Positions 38,704 to 50,193 of a DNA stretch of 64,000 nucleotides are shown here, in pieces; the first letter of the stretch is position 1; every line of letters starts with the position of its first letter. The notes below the pieces were generated by a model. The model did not search any database. It was not told where the DNA came from and saw nothing but the letters and a program-made list of their open reading frames with translations. The position numbers were made by a program, and so were the translations under genes. The DNA comes from Fibrobacteria bacterium (GTDB lineage Bacteria; Fibrobacterota; Fibrobacteria; UBA11236; JADFYW01): contig JBNKOC010000003.1 in assembly GCA_050294405.1 (NCBI GenBank), positions 1 through 64,000 on the forward strand, read 5' to 3'.

Positions 38704-40098
38704 TTATTTTAGCCATATTAGTTTTTTGGGAATTTGAATATTGTTCTTGGCTCTGCCTAAGGCGTCGTACTGAGGCATATTTCCATGTAAATGTGGCAAA
38801 TCATTTGATGAGTTCAATATGGGAGTTGGGGACTCAAATTCGAAGGCCCCTAAGTCAGGTGCGTCCCCAGAATAGGGAAGTCCTCTGTCTTCTCCGGCGT
38901 CAATGGCAGAGCTTTCACTGGAAAGTTTCATAAAGGGAATGTTAGGTAAACTTCCATCTATTCCTCTGGGGCCATCCATTCCCTCGGTGTTAAGAGATTC
39001 AAAATCATCATCTGAAAGTGAAATGCCATTCCATGAGTTAAAATTATCGTCAATTTCTCCCGGAGTCTCTCTATTTAAAGCTCCACCAGAACCATGAGCG
39101 ATGTTATTCCTCAAAAAATGTTCTGCCCGCCCTTCATCTGCCAGCAAATCATAATTTCGGGGATTGTTAATGGCAGTGTTGTTAATCCAGTCAATTCCGC
39201 CTTCATGGTGGTTGGCGTAAAAACCCTGAGTTCGATTTTCAAAGGATAAATTAAATCTTACGACATGGCGTGGAATAGTTTCGGGAATGGTCGTTGTTGT
39301 AAACCCGCCAGCTTTAATTCCCGCTCCGTTGCCGGCAGCGGTTCGGCTGTCTGGTTGGAATCCGTTATAAAAGGCCCAGGAATGTTCCACTGTACATACT
39401 CCTGGGGAATTAATAAAGTCAAATCCGTCGTCACTGTTCCACCAGGCCCGGCAACCTCGAAATAGGTTGCCATTGCCAGTAGTATGACAGCCAAATCCGT
39501 CAGCGTTTTCACCTCCGCGGTCGGCATCAAAATTATGGTGGGAGTCCACATTAAGAACCAGATTATCGCTTCCGGCTTTAATAAAAATTCCCGGTCCTTC
39601 ATTATGGTGGAGATCTAAGTTTTCAAATATGTTATTACTTCCCTGGATGTGTATGCACCAGGATTCGTTGGTATTGGTTAGAGTTTGCTGAACCCCTTTT
39701 AATTCCAGTCCTTTAAAGTGCAGGTAGTCAGCGCGAACTTGAAATCCGGTAATTCGTTCCTGGGGCAATAAATTGAAAAAATCAAAAACAGGCTTTTGCT
39801 CTTGAGCTGCCCAATAACGAATAGGTTGCCCCTCAGTTCCGCTTTTATTAAACAAAACCCCAACTGCTTCGCTGGTGCCGGAAAATATATAATTGCCAGC
39901 CTTAATCCATACCGTATCTCCTGGGGAGGCGGCATTCTGTGCTTGCTGGAGAGTCGCAAAAGGACTGGATTCGCTTCCGCTTCCATTTTGGGCGGCAGAG
40001 GCAGAAACATAAATTTGAGCAGCTTGGGAAAATTGAAGAAGAGCCAAAGTCAGCCCCGCAATAAATTTTGCTTTCGATAGAGTGAACCCGGTAACCAT
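38704..40098 (-). CDS. polysaccharide lyase family 9 (right-handed beta-helix, pectate lyase L-like)
   Basis: GSGSESSPF, GENADGFG, RAWWNSDDGFD, GNGAGIKAGG, PDLGAFE; tail QYDALGR. Confidence 0.88.
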   Translation of the reverse strand: MVTGFTLSKAKFIAGLTLALLQFSQAAQIYVSASAAQNGSGSESSPFATLQQAQNAASPGDTVWIKAGNYIFSGTSEAVGVLFNKSGTEGQPIRYWAAQEQKPVFDFFNLLPQERITGFQVRADYLHFKGLELKGVQQTLTNTNESWCIHIQGSNNIFENLDLHHNEGPGIFIKAGSDNLVLNVDSHHNFDADRGGENADGFGCHTTGNGNLFRGCRAWWNSDDGFDFINSPGVCTVEHSWAFYNGFQPDSRTAAGNGAGIKAGGFTTTTIPETIPRHVVRFNLSFENRTQGFYANHHEGGIDWINNTAINNPRNYDLLADEGRAEHFLRNNIAHGSGGALNRETPGEIDDNFNSWNGISLSDDDFESLNTEGMDGPRGIDGSLPNIPFMKLSSESSAIDAGEDRGLPYSGDAPDLGAFEFESPTPILNSSNDLPHLHGNMPQYDALGRAKNNIQIPKKLIWLK

Positions 40099-40343
40099 TG
40101 CAGATAATTTAACCAGAATTTTTAAATCTGGGGTGTTGTTTTTAACAATTGTTGTCAGTTCAAAAAACTTATACCTAGTTGTTTTGAAGGATAACTAACA
40201 GATTTATTGCCTTTACCAGTTTTAACAGGATATTTTTTTGTTCCTATATTTTGCAGTCTGAGAACAGAAAATCATGTTTATAAAAATCTATCCTAAAATT
40301 TATGGTATTTTTATTTTAAACCTGTGCAAAGAGGCTTGACAAA

Positions 40344-40871
40344 ATGAAAATTAAACTTTTAATAACATTGTTATTTTTAAGCGGAAACTTGTGTTTTGGA
40401 TCCGGATTAAAATATTGGGGTAGTCTGGGTGCTGGTCTGGGGTTAATGGACCTTGAAGAATTTATTTATTCCCCCTTGGATGTATCTGCAAATATTTCCA
40501 TAAATAATTTTTTATTAGGCGGCGGTATTGATTTAATTCACAGGCAGGGTGGGGTTTGCGCCTTAACCTGCTATGATTATTCCAATAAGTTTATTTGGAA
40601 TGGATTAATTGGATATGTTTATTCCTGGAATAAATTTGGTTTTTCCTTTAAATCTGGTATCAGCTATGCCAAACAATATGGGGGATACGGCTATAGAACC
40701 AATGGATGGGAGTTTGGTATACCCATCAAAGCCATGTTTATGATGCCTTTAAATAAATATGTAGGAGTAGAAAGCGGAATTAACACCTGGGTTCGAAAAG
40801 GCCAATTTTTGAAAACGGATTATTATTCTACGGTCCGATTAGGATTGGTATTTGGTTTGTTGCCAAAATAA
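40344..40871 (+). CDS. hypothetical exported protein, possibly a small beta-barrel
   Basis: Signal peptide; Gly/aromatic alternating strands; 175 aa. Confidence 0.5.
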   Translation: MKIKLLITLLFLSGNLCFGSGLKYWGSLGAGLGLMDLEEFIYSPLDVSANISINNFLLGGGIDLIHRQGGVCALTCYDYSNKFIWNGLIGYVYSWNKFGFSFKSGISYAKQYGGYGYRTNGWEFGIPIKAMFMMPLNKYVGVESGINTWVRKGQFLKTDYYSTVRLGLVFGLLPK

Positions 40872-40891
40872 AAACAGGGTCGAGGCTTTAG

Positions 40892-42214
40892 CTACTTTTG
40901 TCTTAAGGCCAATTCCTTTATATTCACATTAAGGGATGTTTCCTTTAGAATATTATAGAACCCATCAAGGGTTTCCACCGCTTTTTTATCATCTTCTGGT
41001 AATTGGGTGATCGCATCGCCATCGTTTTCTACAGCATTTAACACATCCAGAACAAAAACGGTGGAAGGATCTTTACCTGGCTGGTAGGCTCTATCTTCCT
41101 GGTCGTTGTCAATCAAAACTTCCCTCACCAGGCCAGAACGCAGAAGGCTGGTAAGCACCGCTACTACAAAACGACGTGGGACATTAAGGCTGGCAGAAAG
41201 CTCCTCGACACGGGTGGGTGGCTGCCCTTGCAGAAAGGCTTTGGTGAGTCGCAGGAAAATCCGAAGTGCCAAATCTTTGGAGGCTTTATTACTGAATGTT
41301 TTGGTTTCTTTTTCAGCTTCATAAGATTCCAGGTGCTGGTGCATATAGGAAAATTTAGATCCGGCCAAAATTATGGTCCAACTGGCACGCAGCCAAATAA
41401 TAAAAAGGGGTAGAGCTGCGAAACTCCCATAAATGGCATTGTAACTGGTGAGGTTTACCTGCAATTTGATGTATATTTGCTCCCAGATTAAAAACAAAGT
41501 ACCCGCTACTACGCCCCCAATCAGGGCTGAAAAGGGGCGCACTTTTTCATTAGGCAACAGAAAATACAAACCGGTAAATAACAACCAAATTAAACTCCAG
41601 GATATCCACTTTAAAATGTATGTACCCGGTCCTTCAAGAAAACCGGGAAGAAGGGAGGGAAGTTTACTGCTCAAAAAGGCAGTTAAACTGCTGGAAATTA
41701 AAAACAATACAGGGAATAATACCAGAAAAGATATATAGTTGGTTATTCGCCGGGCCCAGGAACGGGATTCATGAATCTCCCAGATATCGTTAAAACAGGA
41801 TTCAATTTCGGTGATCACCATAATAACGGAAAATAAAAGCACCAGAATTCCCACCCCCGCAATAAGGCCCCCGTGGGTATTTTCCAATAAAGACTGGGAG
41901 AACTGTATGAGTTTTTGGCCCATGTCTGGCTGATTTTCAAATCGAGACAAGATTTCTTTTTCCAGACGTGCTTCCATGCCAAAACCTTTGGCCAAGGCGA
42001 AGGCGAGCCCCACCACTGGTACAATGGACATTAGGGTGTGCAAGGTAAGAGCATTGGCCCGTAGGGAAATGCGGTCCTGTTTGATACCTTTAAGACTGAG
42101 CAGGGTTATTTTTAAGGCGGCTATTGCCTTGTATTGAATGCCAGAGTATTGCCGAACAGGAATGTCCCAAAGGGTGTTAAGGAGATAGTTTTTTATTTTA
42201 GAAAATAGGCTCAT
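40892..42214 (-). CDS. YihY/virulence factor BrkB family membrane protein with C-terminal wHTH-like region
   Basis: RANALTLHTLMSIVP, IESCFNDIW, YNAIYGSFAALPLFIIW. Confidence 0.92.
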   Translation of the reverse strand: MSLFSKIKNYLLNTLWDIPVRQYSGIQYKAIAALKITLLSLKGIKQDRISLRANALTLHTLMSIVPVVGLAFALAKGFGMEARLEKEILSRFENQPDMGQKLIQFSQSLLENTHGGLIAGVGILVLLFSVIMVITEIESCFNDIWEIHESRSWARRITNYISFLVLFPVLFLISSSLTAFLSSKLPSLLPGFLEGPGTYILKWISWSLIWLLFTGLYFLLPNEKVRPFSALIGGVVAGTLFLIWEQIYIKLQVNLTSYNAIYGSFAALPLFIIWLRASWTIILAGSKFSYMHQHLESYEAEKETKTFSNKASKDLALRIFLRLTKAFLQGQPPTRVEELSASLNVPRRFVVAVLTSLLRSGLVREVLIDNDQEDRAYQPGKDPSTVFVLDVLNAVENDGDAITQLPEDDKKAVETLDGFYNILKETSLNVNIKELALRQK

Positions 42215-42342
42215 GTATGAATCAATCTTTTCCGGGATATCTGAAATCAACTGTCTGCTACAAATTAATAAATAATCTAATTATCCTACGCTTTTTGTAT
42301 TAATGCTATTATTAGTTCTTTCAGTATTTGGGGGTTCAGCAT

Positions 42343-42987
42343 ATGCAAAAAGTACGAGTAGCCAGTTTTACTATTTCAGCCGATGGGTATGGAGCAGGCA
42401 TTGGTCAAAGTTTAAACCAGCCAATGGGAATTGGAGGAGGGGAATTGCATCAATGGTTTTTTCCCACAGAGGTTTTTAAAACTATGTTGGGCGGAAGTGG
42501 CGGAGAAAGCGGAATTGATAATGATTTCGCTAAAGCCGGTTTTGAAAATGTGGGAGCCTGGATTTTGGGGCGCAATATGTTTGCCCACAGCCGTGGAGAT
42601 TGGACTGACGATGGTTGGAAGGGTTGGTGGGGAGACGAGCCTCCCTATCATTGCCCAGTGTATATATTAACCCATTATCCAAGAGAATCCTTCGAAATGA
42701 AGGGTGGTACTATCTTTCATTTTGAGACAGAAGGAATTGAAAAAGCTTTGGAAAAAGCCAAGCAAGCGGCAGCTGGCAAAGATGTGAGGATTGGCGGGGG
42801 AGTTCATACAGTGCGGCAATACCTGGAAAAACAATTGATTGATGAATTACATATTGCTGTTTCTCCTGTGCTATTGGGAAACGGAGAGCATTTGTTTTTT
42901 AATTTGGATTTGAAAAAACTGGGATACAAAATCGTTAAAAGTACCAGCAGTAAATTAGCGACCCATTTAAATATTTCGAAAGTTTAG
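42343..42987 (+). CDS. dihydrofolate reductase (RibD C-terminal) family protein
   Basis: ISADGYGAG, ILGRNMF, WWGDEPPYH, DVRIGGG, LIDELHIAVSPVLLGNG. Confidence 0.92.
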   Translation: MQKVRVASFTISADGYGAGIGQSLNQPMGIGGGELHQWFFPTEVFKTMLGGSGGESGIDNDFAKAGFENVGAWILGRNMFAHSRGDWTDDGWKGWWGDEPPYHCPVYILTHYPRESFEMKGGTIFHFETEGIEKALEKAKQAAAGKDVRIGGGVHTVRQYLEKQLIDELHIAVSPVLLGNGEHLFFNLDLKKLGYKIVKSTSSKLATHLNISKV

Positions 42988-43139
42988 TTGCATTTTAAAA
43001 AGCTGACGGGGAAATCTGGGCCGTGGTATAACAGTTTTTGTTTGCCAAATTTCTTATAAATTTCCCAGATTTTTACCGTAATTATTAATTAAATTTAAAT
43101 TCATAGCTCGAAATTGGAGTTTAGTTGTAGTTTAAATTT

Positions 43140-44204
43140 ATGCGGATTTTTAAAAACAGCTTCTTTTTTGCATTCTTTTTATGTGCCCCATTCACGGCAA
43201 TATCAAGTCCATCGGATAAGGTTGTTTTTGAAAAGTATGGCGAGCAATCTGTATTAACAGGGCCAATAGCTAAGATTAGAGGCTACCGTGGTCTATATTA
43301 TGGCATTCTTGAAGATTCCACAGTAATTTCCTGGACAGATGATGGGCTGCGTACCGAAATGGATAGTTTAAAAGGAGTTGCCGATATAAGCGTTAACGAA
43401 TTAGGAGTGGCATTTTTGTCTTCTGATGGAACTGTTCAGGCTGACTTCTTGGAAAATTGGGAGAACAGTTATTCCAATTTTGGAGATAGAGTATTGATTA
43501 ATGAATTAAGCGATGTAATAGCAATTTCTGTAGGTTGGGAAACTTTTAAGGTTGTTAAAGAAGATGGTTCCGTAATTGGTTGGGGTGATGCACAATATAA
43601 TACAAACATCCCTAATAATTTGTCGGGAGCAAAAAAAGTATCTTCTGGAATTCATGTGGCAATGGCATTATTGGAAGACAACACGGCTGTTATTTGGGGT
43701 GAAGTGCCCAATAATAATGATTTAAGGAATTTTATAGAAAACATAGGCTCTGATGTTATTGATGTACTAGCGGGAGATCACTCCTATGAATTGGTTCATG
43801 AAGACGGCACAATCTCAAGTTATGGTGGAAAATTTGCAAATTTTAATTTATCAAATGTTAAAAGAATAGAATCAAGCCGTTTTGGCGGTGAATTAATATT
43901 AACTCAAGATGGAAAAATCCTCCGCTGGGATGCAAACAGAGACAAGATTGTTGAAATTGCAAACATATCCAACGCTGTTGACATCGCTTTACCCGCAGCG
44001 GTGCTAACCTCCGATGGCCGGGTTATATCAAATATCGATAAACCTATGGCAGAAATTCCGACAAGCGTTGGGCCTGTTTTGAATTTCGAAATAAAGGAAT
44101 CGCAAATAACATATTATGATATTCGGGGAAAAATTGTACCTAAGGTTTCAATTGCAAATGGGCACTATCGACTTCCTTCGCAAAGGCTCATATTTAATAA
44201 ATAG
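43140..44204 (+). CDS. secreted RCC1/BLIP-II-like repeat protein with short C-terminal tail
   Basis: Repeats of the form (V/L)xxDG(S/T)VxxWG, e.g. VVKEDGSVIGWG, ALLEDNTAVIWG; tail YYDIRGK. Confidence 0.7.
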   Translation: MRIFKNSFFFAFFLCAPFTAISSPSDKVVFEKYGEQSVLTGPIAKIRGYRGLYYGILEDSTVISWTDDGLRTEMDSLKGVADISVNELGVAFLSSDGTVQADFLENWENSYSNFGDRVLINELSDVIAISVGWETFKVVKEDGSVIGWGDAQYNTNIPNNLSGAKKVSSGIHVAMALLEDNTAVIWGEVPNNNDLRNFIENIGSDVIDVLAGDHSYELVHEDGTISSYGGKFANFNLSNVKRIESSRFGGELILTQDGKILRWDANRDKIVEIANISNAVDIALPAAVLTSDGRVISNIDKPMAEIPTSVGPVLNFEIKESQITYYDIRGKIVPKVSIANGHYRLPSQRLIFNK

Positions 44205-44207
44205 CCT

Positions 44208-47200
44208 CTACTCCACCGCACAGTTGAGGCCGGGCTCCCCGGTTCGGATAATACCCTGTTTAAATAAATTCTGTCTGCTAAGTCCATTGGCAAATCGGTA
44301 TTTAATAGACCAAATATAGACACCATTTCCCACAAATTTTCCTGCAGTATCCTTTTGATTCCATACTAAAAAGCTAACATAGCCCCCAGGTTGCAGGCGA
44401 TCTGGGTTTTCCATTTCACCACAGTAACCGAAACTTTGGGTGGAGGACTGAATGAATTTTCCCAAGTGATCCAGAATTACGATTTCTGCAGTATATGGAC
44501 CTTCGCTATATATTCCCACGGCGGATAAACAATTAGCTGGAAAGGCTCTGGGGGATACATTCTGTTTAGCAGCGGCATCGCAAATACTTTGCGCAGTTTC
44601 ATTTATTTCACCGGATGGAGTCATATATAAAGGGGGAATCCATTCTGTTAGTTGGTTGCCTTCGATTACTCTGACAATATCGCCGGCATTGTTTATAACG
44701 GCAACTTCCCCGATGTGAGGCATATTAAACTCAGAAGTATTGTTGGTTCTTCCAATAATAGGAACCACAAGTGAGGAATAAAAGTTATCAAAACCACTGG
44801 GGTTTCCGATAACCAGGCTGTGGACGGGGTTTGGAGGGTTGTTAGCGGCATCTCTATATAAGGCATTGTTGTTTAGGTAGACGCAATCGTTGAGCTCAAC
44901 CAGGCTTCCCTCTTCGGAAATACTAATCGGAATGTGTATGGTAAGATCTCCCCGGGAGCCAATTGTGGGAGCTGTTAAAATCGGAAGAGGAAGGGTTTGG
45001 CTTGTTTCATCACAACCCTTAACTAACATAACCAAGTTTTTCCAGGGCTCAGAAGTTCCTGGAAGAGCAGACAGAGGCTCGGATACTGTTAATACCAAAG
45101 TATCCGGAGAAACCTGGATGGTTTGGCTTGCATCGCTTTCCAATATAAAACGCTTGTAACGGGGCGCGGTGATTTCTGCGCGGGTTAGCATGGGACCTAT
45201 GCCATCTTCAATAATTACGCTTTTCCCATCTGGCATAATGAGGCTGGGCTCGTCCACAGCTGCAGTTTGCCCAAATTCAAAAGAGTCTGAGGAAAAGTCA
45301 ACGACTATAACGCTGTCCGAATAGGCATGGATGTTTTGGCTGTTGGCATTTTTATCCATGTTGCCATCAGCAGGCCAACTGATGGATGTTATGGAGCTTG
45401 GCAGTATGCTAATAGGTTCCAGTAATTTAATAAAAACCGAATCGGCTCTGCCATCTTGGTTTCCATCTATTATCCAGCTCCTCTCTACATTGTATGTTAC
45501 ATTTATTCCGCTTAACCATTCTGCCAGAGTTCCCGGAGATGTCCCTTGAACCATAAAGTTTACATTGGCAGCGATATCAGAAAAGATAAGGAAAAATTCA
45601 GCGATGCCATTTTGAGGCGTCACCGTAGTAACATTAGTCCCGGCTAAATCGGCTTTAAAGCTAAGGCCGGTCAATGTACTGCTGACTGATAACGGATCCA
45701 AACAAGAAGATTCCAAACAACGTCCCCATTTGTCCGTAAAAACTTCAACACGTACCGGGTATCCCTGTAAATCGTTTTGGGTTAAGTTGGGAAGGGATGT
45801 TAGGGCCACTCCCTGGGCGTCCACAAAACGTAATTGAGGGATTCTAAAAGTAAGATAGGGGTGGGTGTCGGTTTGAAGACCTGCCCCATTTAAAAGCCCA
45901 AGGATATAGGTTTGAGCGGCAGGCGCAGACGTACTTCCAGTTACCCAAAGCGTATCAAGACCTGTGGCGTCTGTGGAAAGAGTACCCTCTGCTGGAATAC
46001 TTTTAGCGGCATCCTGGTAAACCATAAGGTCTTCGGGAATAGCAAGGCTGTAGGTTCTCTGCACCGAGACTGGTTTGCCAGAGGCAGTAGCCTGAATATA
46101 TATAGGCGCTGCAATGCCGACCAGGGTGTCAATGGGAACAAGGGGTTTCACAAAGTTTACTCCTAACTCGCCGTAAATGGTGAAGGGTATGCGAAACTCC
46201 CGCACGGGTTTGTTATGTGTGCGTATGGTAAGCAGGTAATCTCCGGGTATAAGCACAGTGCGCATGGCAAGGGTATCCATGGATACAGAGGTGCCGCCGG
46301 TTATTTCAATTCCAGTAAGAGGTTCTGTAATTAAATTGCGTACTCCATTAACACCAGGGCCTGTAAGTTCAAAATCAGCCGTTTCGGGAATGCTGTCTTC
46401 ACTGGTGGTTTTAGAACCGCAGGAGCCATCCCCTCCAATACTTCGCCATATATCATAACGCCGCACTGTGGGACTTAGAGCAATGGTATCAATCCAGGTA
46501 GAAAGTTGTTGCTCAAAAAAGATGGAGCTTTTTATCCAAAGGTTGGAGGCAGTAGTATGCCGCTCGCAAAAGAAAAAATCAAAGGGCAGGGTATCTCCCG
46601 CATTCCATCCGTAGCCGCCAGCAACATCGTCCAGCACCAACCTGTCCCGACTGGCTCCGTGGATACCCCCCAAATCAATAACCAGCTTGTTGTCTATAAA
46701 AACCCAAACATCATCATCGCCTTCGAACATAAATGTCTGGCCTTCTTTACCATCCAGTCCCGGGGTGTATACAAAGTTAGCGTGCATTTCCAGGCAAAAA
46801 TGAAAATTATGGGGGTCGGGATCTTCCACACCCTGGCCGGTTACCCGGTCGGTGTAGGTGCTTGTAAACCGTTCCTCGGGAGCGATTTCGTTAAAATCAT
46901 CAATGGGAAAGTAACCGTGGCTAGGGGTGTTATATGAATCAAACTCCCAAAGGCCGTCATTGGTTTTACTCATGGGAAGATCCACGCAGGTTTCCGCATT
47001 GGTACCCGGCACTGTATTAAACCATTCTTCGAAGGCAGACTGTTCAAAGGGATTGGAGCCAATACGGGGTTTGCTGTCGGGACCTAAAATGGAATCAACC
47101 ATACCCTTAAACAAGCCACCGCTAACTTCGGCCTGAAAATCGGGATGTGTTTGGCTGAAATCCCTGACCGTAGCTGCCAGATTAAATCCGCAGGAGCCTT

Positions 47201-47981
47201 CAAAGCCCGGATGTTGTGGAGAGATTGTTGGAATTCCGTCGGGAAAGGGCTCAGGATATATATAGGCTGTATCGTAAACGGAAAAGTGGGTGTTTAAATT
47301 GATGGGAGTTGCATCAGTGAGCCCATTAGCACCGTAATAAGAGCTCCCGAACATTTCCTGAAAACTAACATTGTAATCGGTATCACTAATTAAAAAAGCA
47401 ACAAACCATTCACAGTTGTCGCTTAGGCGCATGTTGCGATAATCGCTGCCATTGACACTTATGGTTGGAGCAGTGATGGTCCAGGGGTTTAATATAAAGA
47501 CGGTTTTTCCATCGGGGGGAGTGGCAGTAATCACTACCTGGTTGTTTTCAAGATAAATGTATATATCGAGGGCTCCGGGAAAATCCCGCATAATTTGATT
47601 GATATCAAACCAATCGGATTGGGCGGGGGCTTGAGTTTCGGTGGATAGCCCTAGAGGGGATAGCCATTGGGGTTCCTGGAGGTTTGGTTCAATGGCTGTT
47701 AATAAAATGAATGGGCTTTGCTGATTGGCAGGTATGTTGTTTTGAAAATTAAAGGACCACCAATCACGGACTTCATTTACTAAAGGCTCACCCGGATACC
47801 AGCCCATGTTGCCATCGGCTCCTTGCACGGACAATGGGAGATCTTCCCTTCCGGCCACATTAGCCCATGGATTTTGCACATGTATGGTGATTCCCTGCCC
47901 ATAGATAGCTTGAATGGAAAAGTAAAGGCAAAAAAGTAAACCAATAAAAAATTGACGCTTAAAAGGATTTTTCCGATGCAT
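44208..47981 (-). CDS. large secreted fibro-slime (PA14-like) domain protein
   Basis: [67 protein letters not shown] module; tail ILDHLGK..WNQKD..GNGVYI. Confidence 0.9.
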   Translation of the reverse strand: MHRKNPFKRQFFIGLLFCLYFSIQAIYGQGITIHVQNPWANVAGREDLPLSVQGADGNMGWYPGEPLVNEVRDWWSFNFQNNIPANQQSPFILLTAIEPNLQEPQWLSPLGLSTETQAPAQSDWFDINQIMRDFPGALDIYIYLENNQVVITATPPDGKTVFILNPWTITAPTISVNGSDYRNMRLSDNCEWFVAFLISDTDYNVSFQEMFGSSYYGANGLTDATPINLNTHFSVYDTAYIYPEPFPDGIPTISPQHPGFEGSCGFNLAATVRDFSQTHPDFQAEVSGGLFKGMVDSILGPDSKPRIGSNPFEQSAFEEWFNTVPGTNAETCVDLPMSKTNDGLWEFDSYNTPSHGYFPIDDFNEIAPEERFTSTYTDRVTGQGVEDPDPHNFHFCLEMHANFVYTPGLDGKEGQTFMFEGDDDVWVFIDNKLVIDLGGIHGASRDRLVLDDVAGGYGWNAGDTLPFDFFFCERHTTASNLWIKSSIFFEQQLSTWIDTIALSPTVRRYDIWRSIGGDGSCGSKTTSEDSIPETADFELTGPGVNGVRNLITEPLTGIEITGGTSVSMDTLAMRTVLIPGDYLLTIRTHNKPVREFRIPFTIYGELGVNFVKPLVPIDTLVGIAAPIYIQATASGKPVSVQRTYSLAIPEDLMVYQDAAKSIPAEGTLSTDATGLDTLWVTGSTSAPAAQTYILGLLNGAGLQTDTHPYLTFRIPQLRFVDAQGVALTSLPNLTQNDLQGYPVRVEVFTDKWGRCLESSCLDPLSVSSTLTGLSFKADLAGTNVTTVTPQNGIAEFFLIFSDIAANVNFMVQGTSPGTLAEWLSGINVTYNVERSWIIDGNQDGRADSVFIKLLEPISILPSSITSISWPADGNMDKNANSQNIHAYSDSVIVVDFSSDSFEFGQTAAVDEPSLIMPDGKSVIIEDGIGPMLTRAEITAPRYKRFILESDASQTIQVSPDTLVLTVSEPLSALPGTSEPWKNLVMLVKGCDETSQTLPLPILTAPTIGSRGDLTIHIPISISEEGSLVELNDCVYLNNNALYRDAANNPPNPVHSLVIGNPSGFDNFYSSLVVPIIGRTNNTSEFNMPHIGEVAVINNAGDIVRVIEGNQLTEWIPPLYMTPSGEINETAQSICDAAAKQNVSPRAFPANCLSAVGIYSEGPYTAEIVILDHLGKFIQSSTQSFGYCGEMENPDRLQPGGYVSFLVWNQKDTAGKFVGNGVYIWSIKYRFANGLSRQNLFKQGIIRTGEPGLNCAVE

Positions 47982-48046
47982 TTACATACCCCCAGCTAGC
48001 TTAGTGACCATTGCGCTGGCATAAGTTCATTTTTTATAAAATTTGC

Positions 48047-48090
48047 TGTTGCCAAATAAAATTGCTTTTTTTGATTTTTAATGCTATTAT
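48047..48090 (+). promoter_or_regulatory. sigma70-type promoter with upstream TGTTGCCAAA box
   Basis: TTGCTT-N17-TATTAT with extended -10; the box recurs at 50251 upstream of the GH44 gene. Confidence 0.5.
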
Positions 48091-48118
48091 ATCCCTGGAA
48101 GGGCTTTTGAACGCAAAA

Positions 48119-48964
48119 ATGGATAAAAAACCAGTAATTTATAACTATTTCGACTATCGGGACTATTTAAACGACGCTTTTGATTATTTTAAAGGGGTTG
48201 ATCCGTCTTATTCCCATCGGAAATTTTTGTCGGAGGCGGGGATACCAGGCTCTACCTATCTTTTGAGGGTTTTGCGGGATGAGAGAAAGTTATCTCCGAA
48301 ATATGTTGCCAATTTTTCAGCGGCTTTAAAACATAATCAATCGGAGTCTTCCTACTTTAAAATATTAGTTAATTTTGGTAACAACAAAAATTTAGATAAA
48401 AGAGATGCGCTCCTTAAAGAACTATTAAAAATACGCTCCGATAAAACAAAGTATTCCCTCCAGGATAAAAAACTCCGGTATTTTGAAAAATGGTATTACC
48501 CTGTCATACGGGATCTTGTTGCCCTTGTTGATTTTAAAGAAGACTATAACATATTGGCCAGAATGCTTGTTCCTCCCATTAAACCCGAGCAGGCCAAAGG
48601 AGCTGTTACATTTCTTCTAAAACATGGGTTCATAAAACATCGAAAAAAGAATCAAGGTTACGAACCCTCTGAACCTATTGTGGCGACTCCTCCCAGGGTG
48701 AACTCAACTATCCTGAGCCGCTTCCATAAAAAAAATCTGGAACTTGATATTGAAATCTTTGATAATGGAACGCTCTCCGACAGCAGTATCTCCTCGGTAA
48801 CAATGAGTGTGTCCAAAGAAACTTTTGAAAAGCTGCGTATGGAAATTCAGGAGTTTCGAAAGCGTCTGATTACAATTGCAAGGCAAGACCAAAACCCTGA
48901 GATGGTTTGCCGGGTGGGGTTCCAGTTAGTACCACGAGCCAAAGTGAAGAAGAAGGGTTTATGA
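48119..48964 (+). CDS. TIGR02147/DUF4423 family putative DNA-binding protein (copy 3)
   Basis: IYNYFDYRDYL, YSHRKFLSEAG..YLLRVLRDERKLS, YFEKWYYPVIRDL, ISSVTMSVS, VGFQLVP. Confidence 0.9.
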   Translation: MDKKPVIYNYFDYRDYLNDAFDYFKGVDPSYSHRKFLSEAGIPGSTYLLRVLRDERKLSPKYVANFSAALKHNQSESSYFKILVNFGNNKNLDKRDALLKELLKIRSDKTKYSLQDKKLRYFEKWYYPVIRDLVALVDFKEDYNILARMLVPPIKPEQAKGAVTFLLKHGFIKHRKKNQGYEPSEPIVATPPRVNSTILSRFHKKNLELDIEIFDNGTLSDSSISSVTMSVSKETFEKLRMEIQEFRKRLITIARQDQNPEMVCRVGFQLVPRAKVKKKGL

Positions 48965-50193
48965 TTGTAAGGCTGCTCCTTTCAATATCCCTGCTTTTCC
49001 TTGCAAGCTGTTTACAGTCTGTTTCCAAGGGCAATGGAACAGGAACCGATGCGGGTGAGGCTAAAATAGTGGGAACAGCTTTAGTGTTTGATAGTTTGCC
49101 TGCTGCAAATGCAAATGTTATACTGAGAGAACAAAATTATATACCTCTATCAAAACCAGCTCAGGAACATAAGGCTGTTAAAACAGACTCTGATGGATTA
49201 TTCGAAATAGGCAATATTTCTTCTGGCTATTATCTTATTGAACTATGGAACCGTGATTCTCTAAGCGCCATAAAGCGTTTTTATATTTCAAATGACAATG
49301 CTAACATCGACTTGGGCAATATCACTTTGGACACTTCAGTGGAATTTACAGGAAGTGTGCTGCAGGATGGTTTCCCGCCTTCAGCTGCGCAGCTTCTGGT
49401 AATGGGGTTGGACAAAGTGGTTGATTTAGCTGCTGATGGGGCTTTCTCCCTTCTTTTGCCAAAGGGTGAGCAGCTTTTCAGAATAGCCGTTGGTAACGAA
49501 CCGACTGCCGGAGAATTTTTGTTTAGTGAAGCCGATAGGGGAGATACGCTTTTAATTAGCAATGTTCCATTTACCTTGCTTGAAGGTTTTGATAACATGG
49601 ATGGCCGCAATGATCTCGGCCGCTTTTTGGGAGGCGGCTGGTGGTTTTCCTATTCCGACCAGGCAGGCGGCGGAAATAGCCGGGTTTTGCCTACAGAAGA
49701 GACGGGTTTGGTTGCTGCAATTGATACAACAGCTGAGGCTTATTCCGGTGGCAGTTTACATATCCAGTACGAGGTTGATTCTTTATTCAGCGCCCCTTAT
49801 GCTCTGGTTGCTACAAATATCAGTTATGGAATTTACGATACTCTTGCGGATGGCAAGATGTGGTTCGACTTAAGCAATATGACCGCGGTTAGTTTTATGG
49901 CCAAGGGGACGGGAACCGTATATTTACAATTAACCAGTAAAATAGACAGTCTAGCGGGTGGCTCTCAATTTCCCTTTGAAGTTCCCTTCGACCTAACCCC
50001 GACTTGGAAAATGTTTACCATAAGTTCAAATGATATCCCTGATGCACAAGTTTCCGGCTCCCCCCAGCCTATAACATGGGAGACGGGTGCTACTTCAGTA
50101 GGAAATATGACCTTCCTGGCAAATAAAAATGCCGAAATATGGATAGACAATATTATCCTTGAAGGTATGGGCCCTGCCGATTTTTTGAAGTAA
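48961..50193 (+). CDS. lipoprotein with carboxypeptidase-regulatory-like and CBM11/CIA30-like domains
   Basis: FLASC lipobox, GNGTGTDAG, TDSDGLF; GGWWFSYSD..GGNS, FDLSNMTAVSFMAKG, IWIDNI; ATGA overlap with TIGR02147. Confidence 0.75.
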   Translation: MIVRLLLSISLLFLASCLQSVSKGNGTGTDAGEAKIVGTALVFDSLPAANANVILREQNYIPLSKPAQEHKAVKTDSDGLFEIGNISSGYYLIELWNRDSLSAIKRFYISNDNANIDLGNITLDTSVEFTGSVLQDGFPPSAAQLLVMGLDKVVDLAADGAFSLLLPKGEQLFRIAVGNEPTAGEFLFSEADRGDTLLISNVPFTLLEGFDNMDGRNDLGRFLGGGWWFSYSDQAGGGNSRVLPTEETGLVAAIDTTAEAYSGGSLHIQYEVDSLFSAPYALVATNISYGIYDTLADGKMWFDLSNMTAVSFMAKGTGTVYLQLTSKIDSLAGGSQFPFEVPFDLTPTWKMFTISSNDIPDAQVSGSPQPITWETGATSVGNMTFLANKNAEIWIDNIILEGMGPADFLK

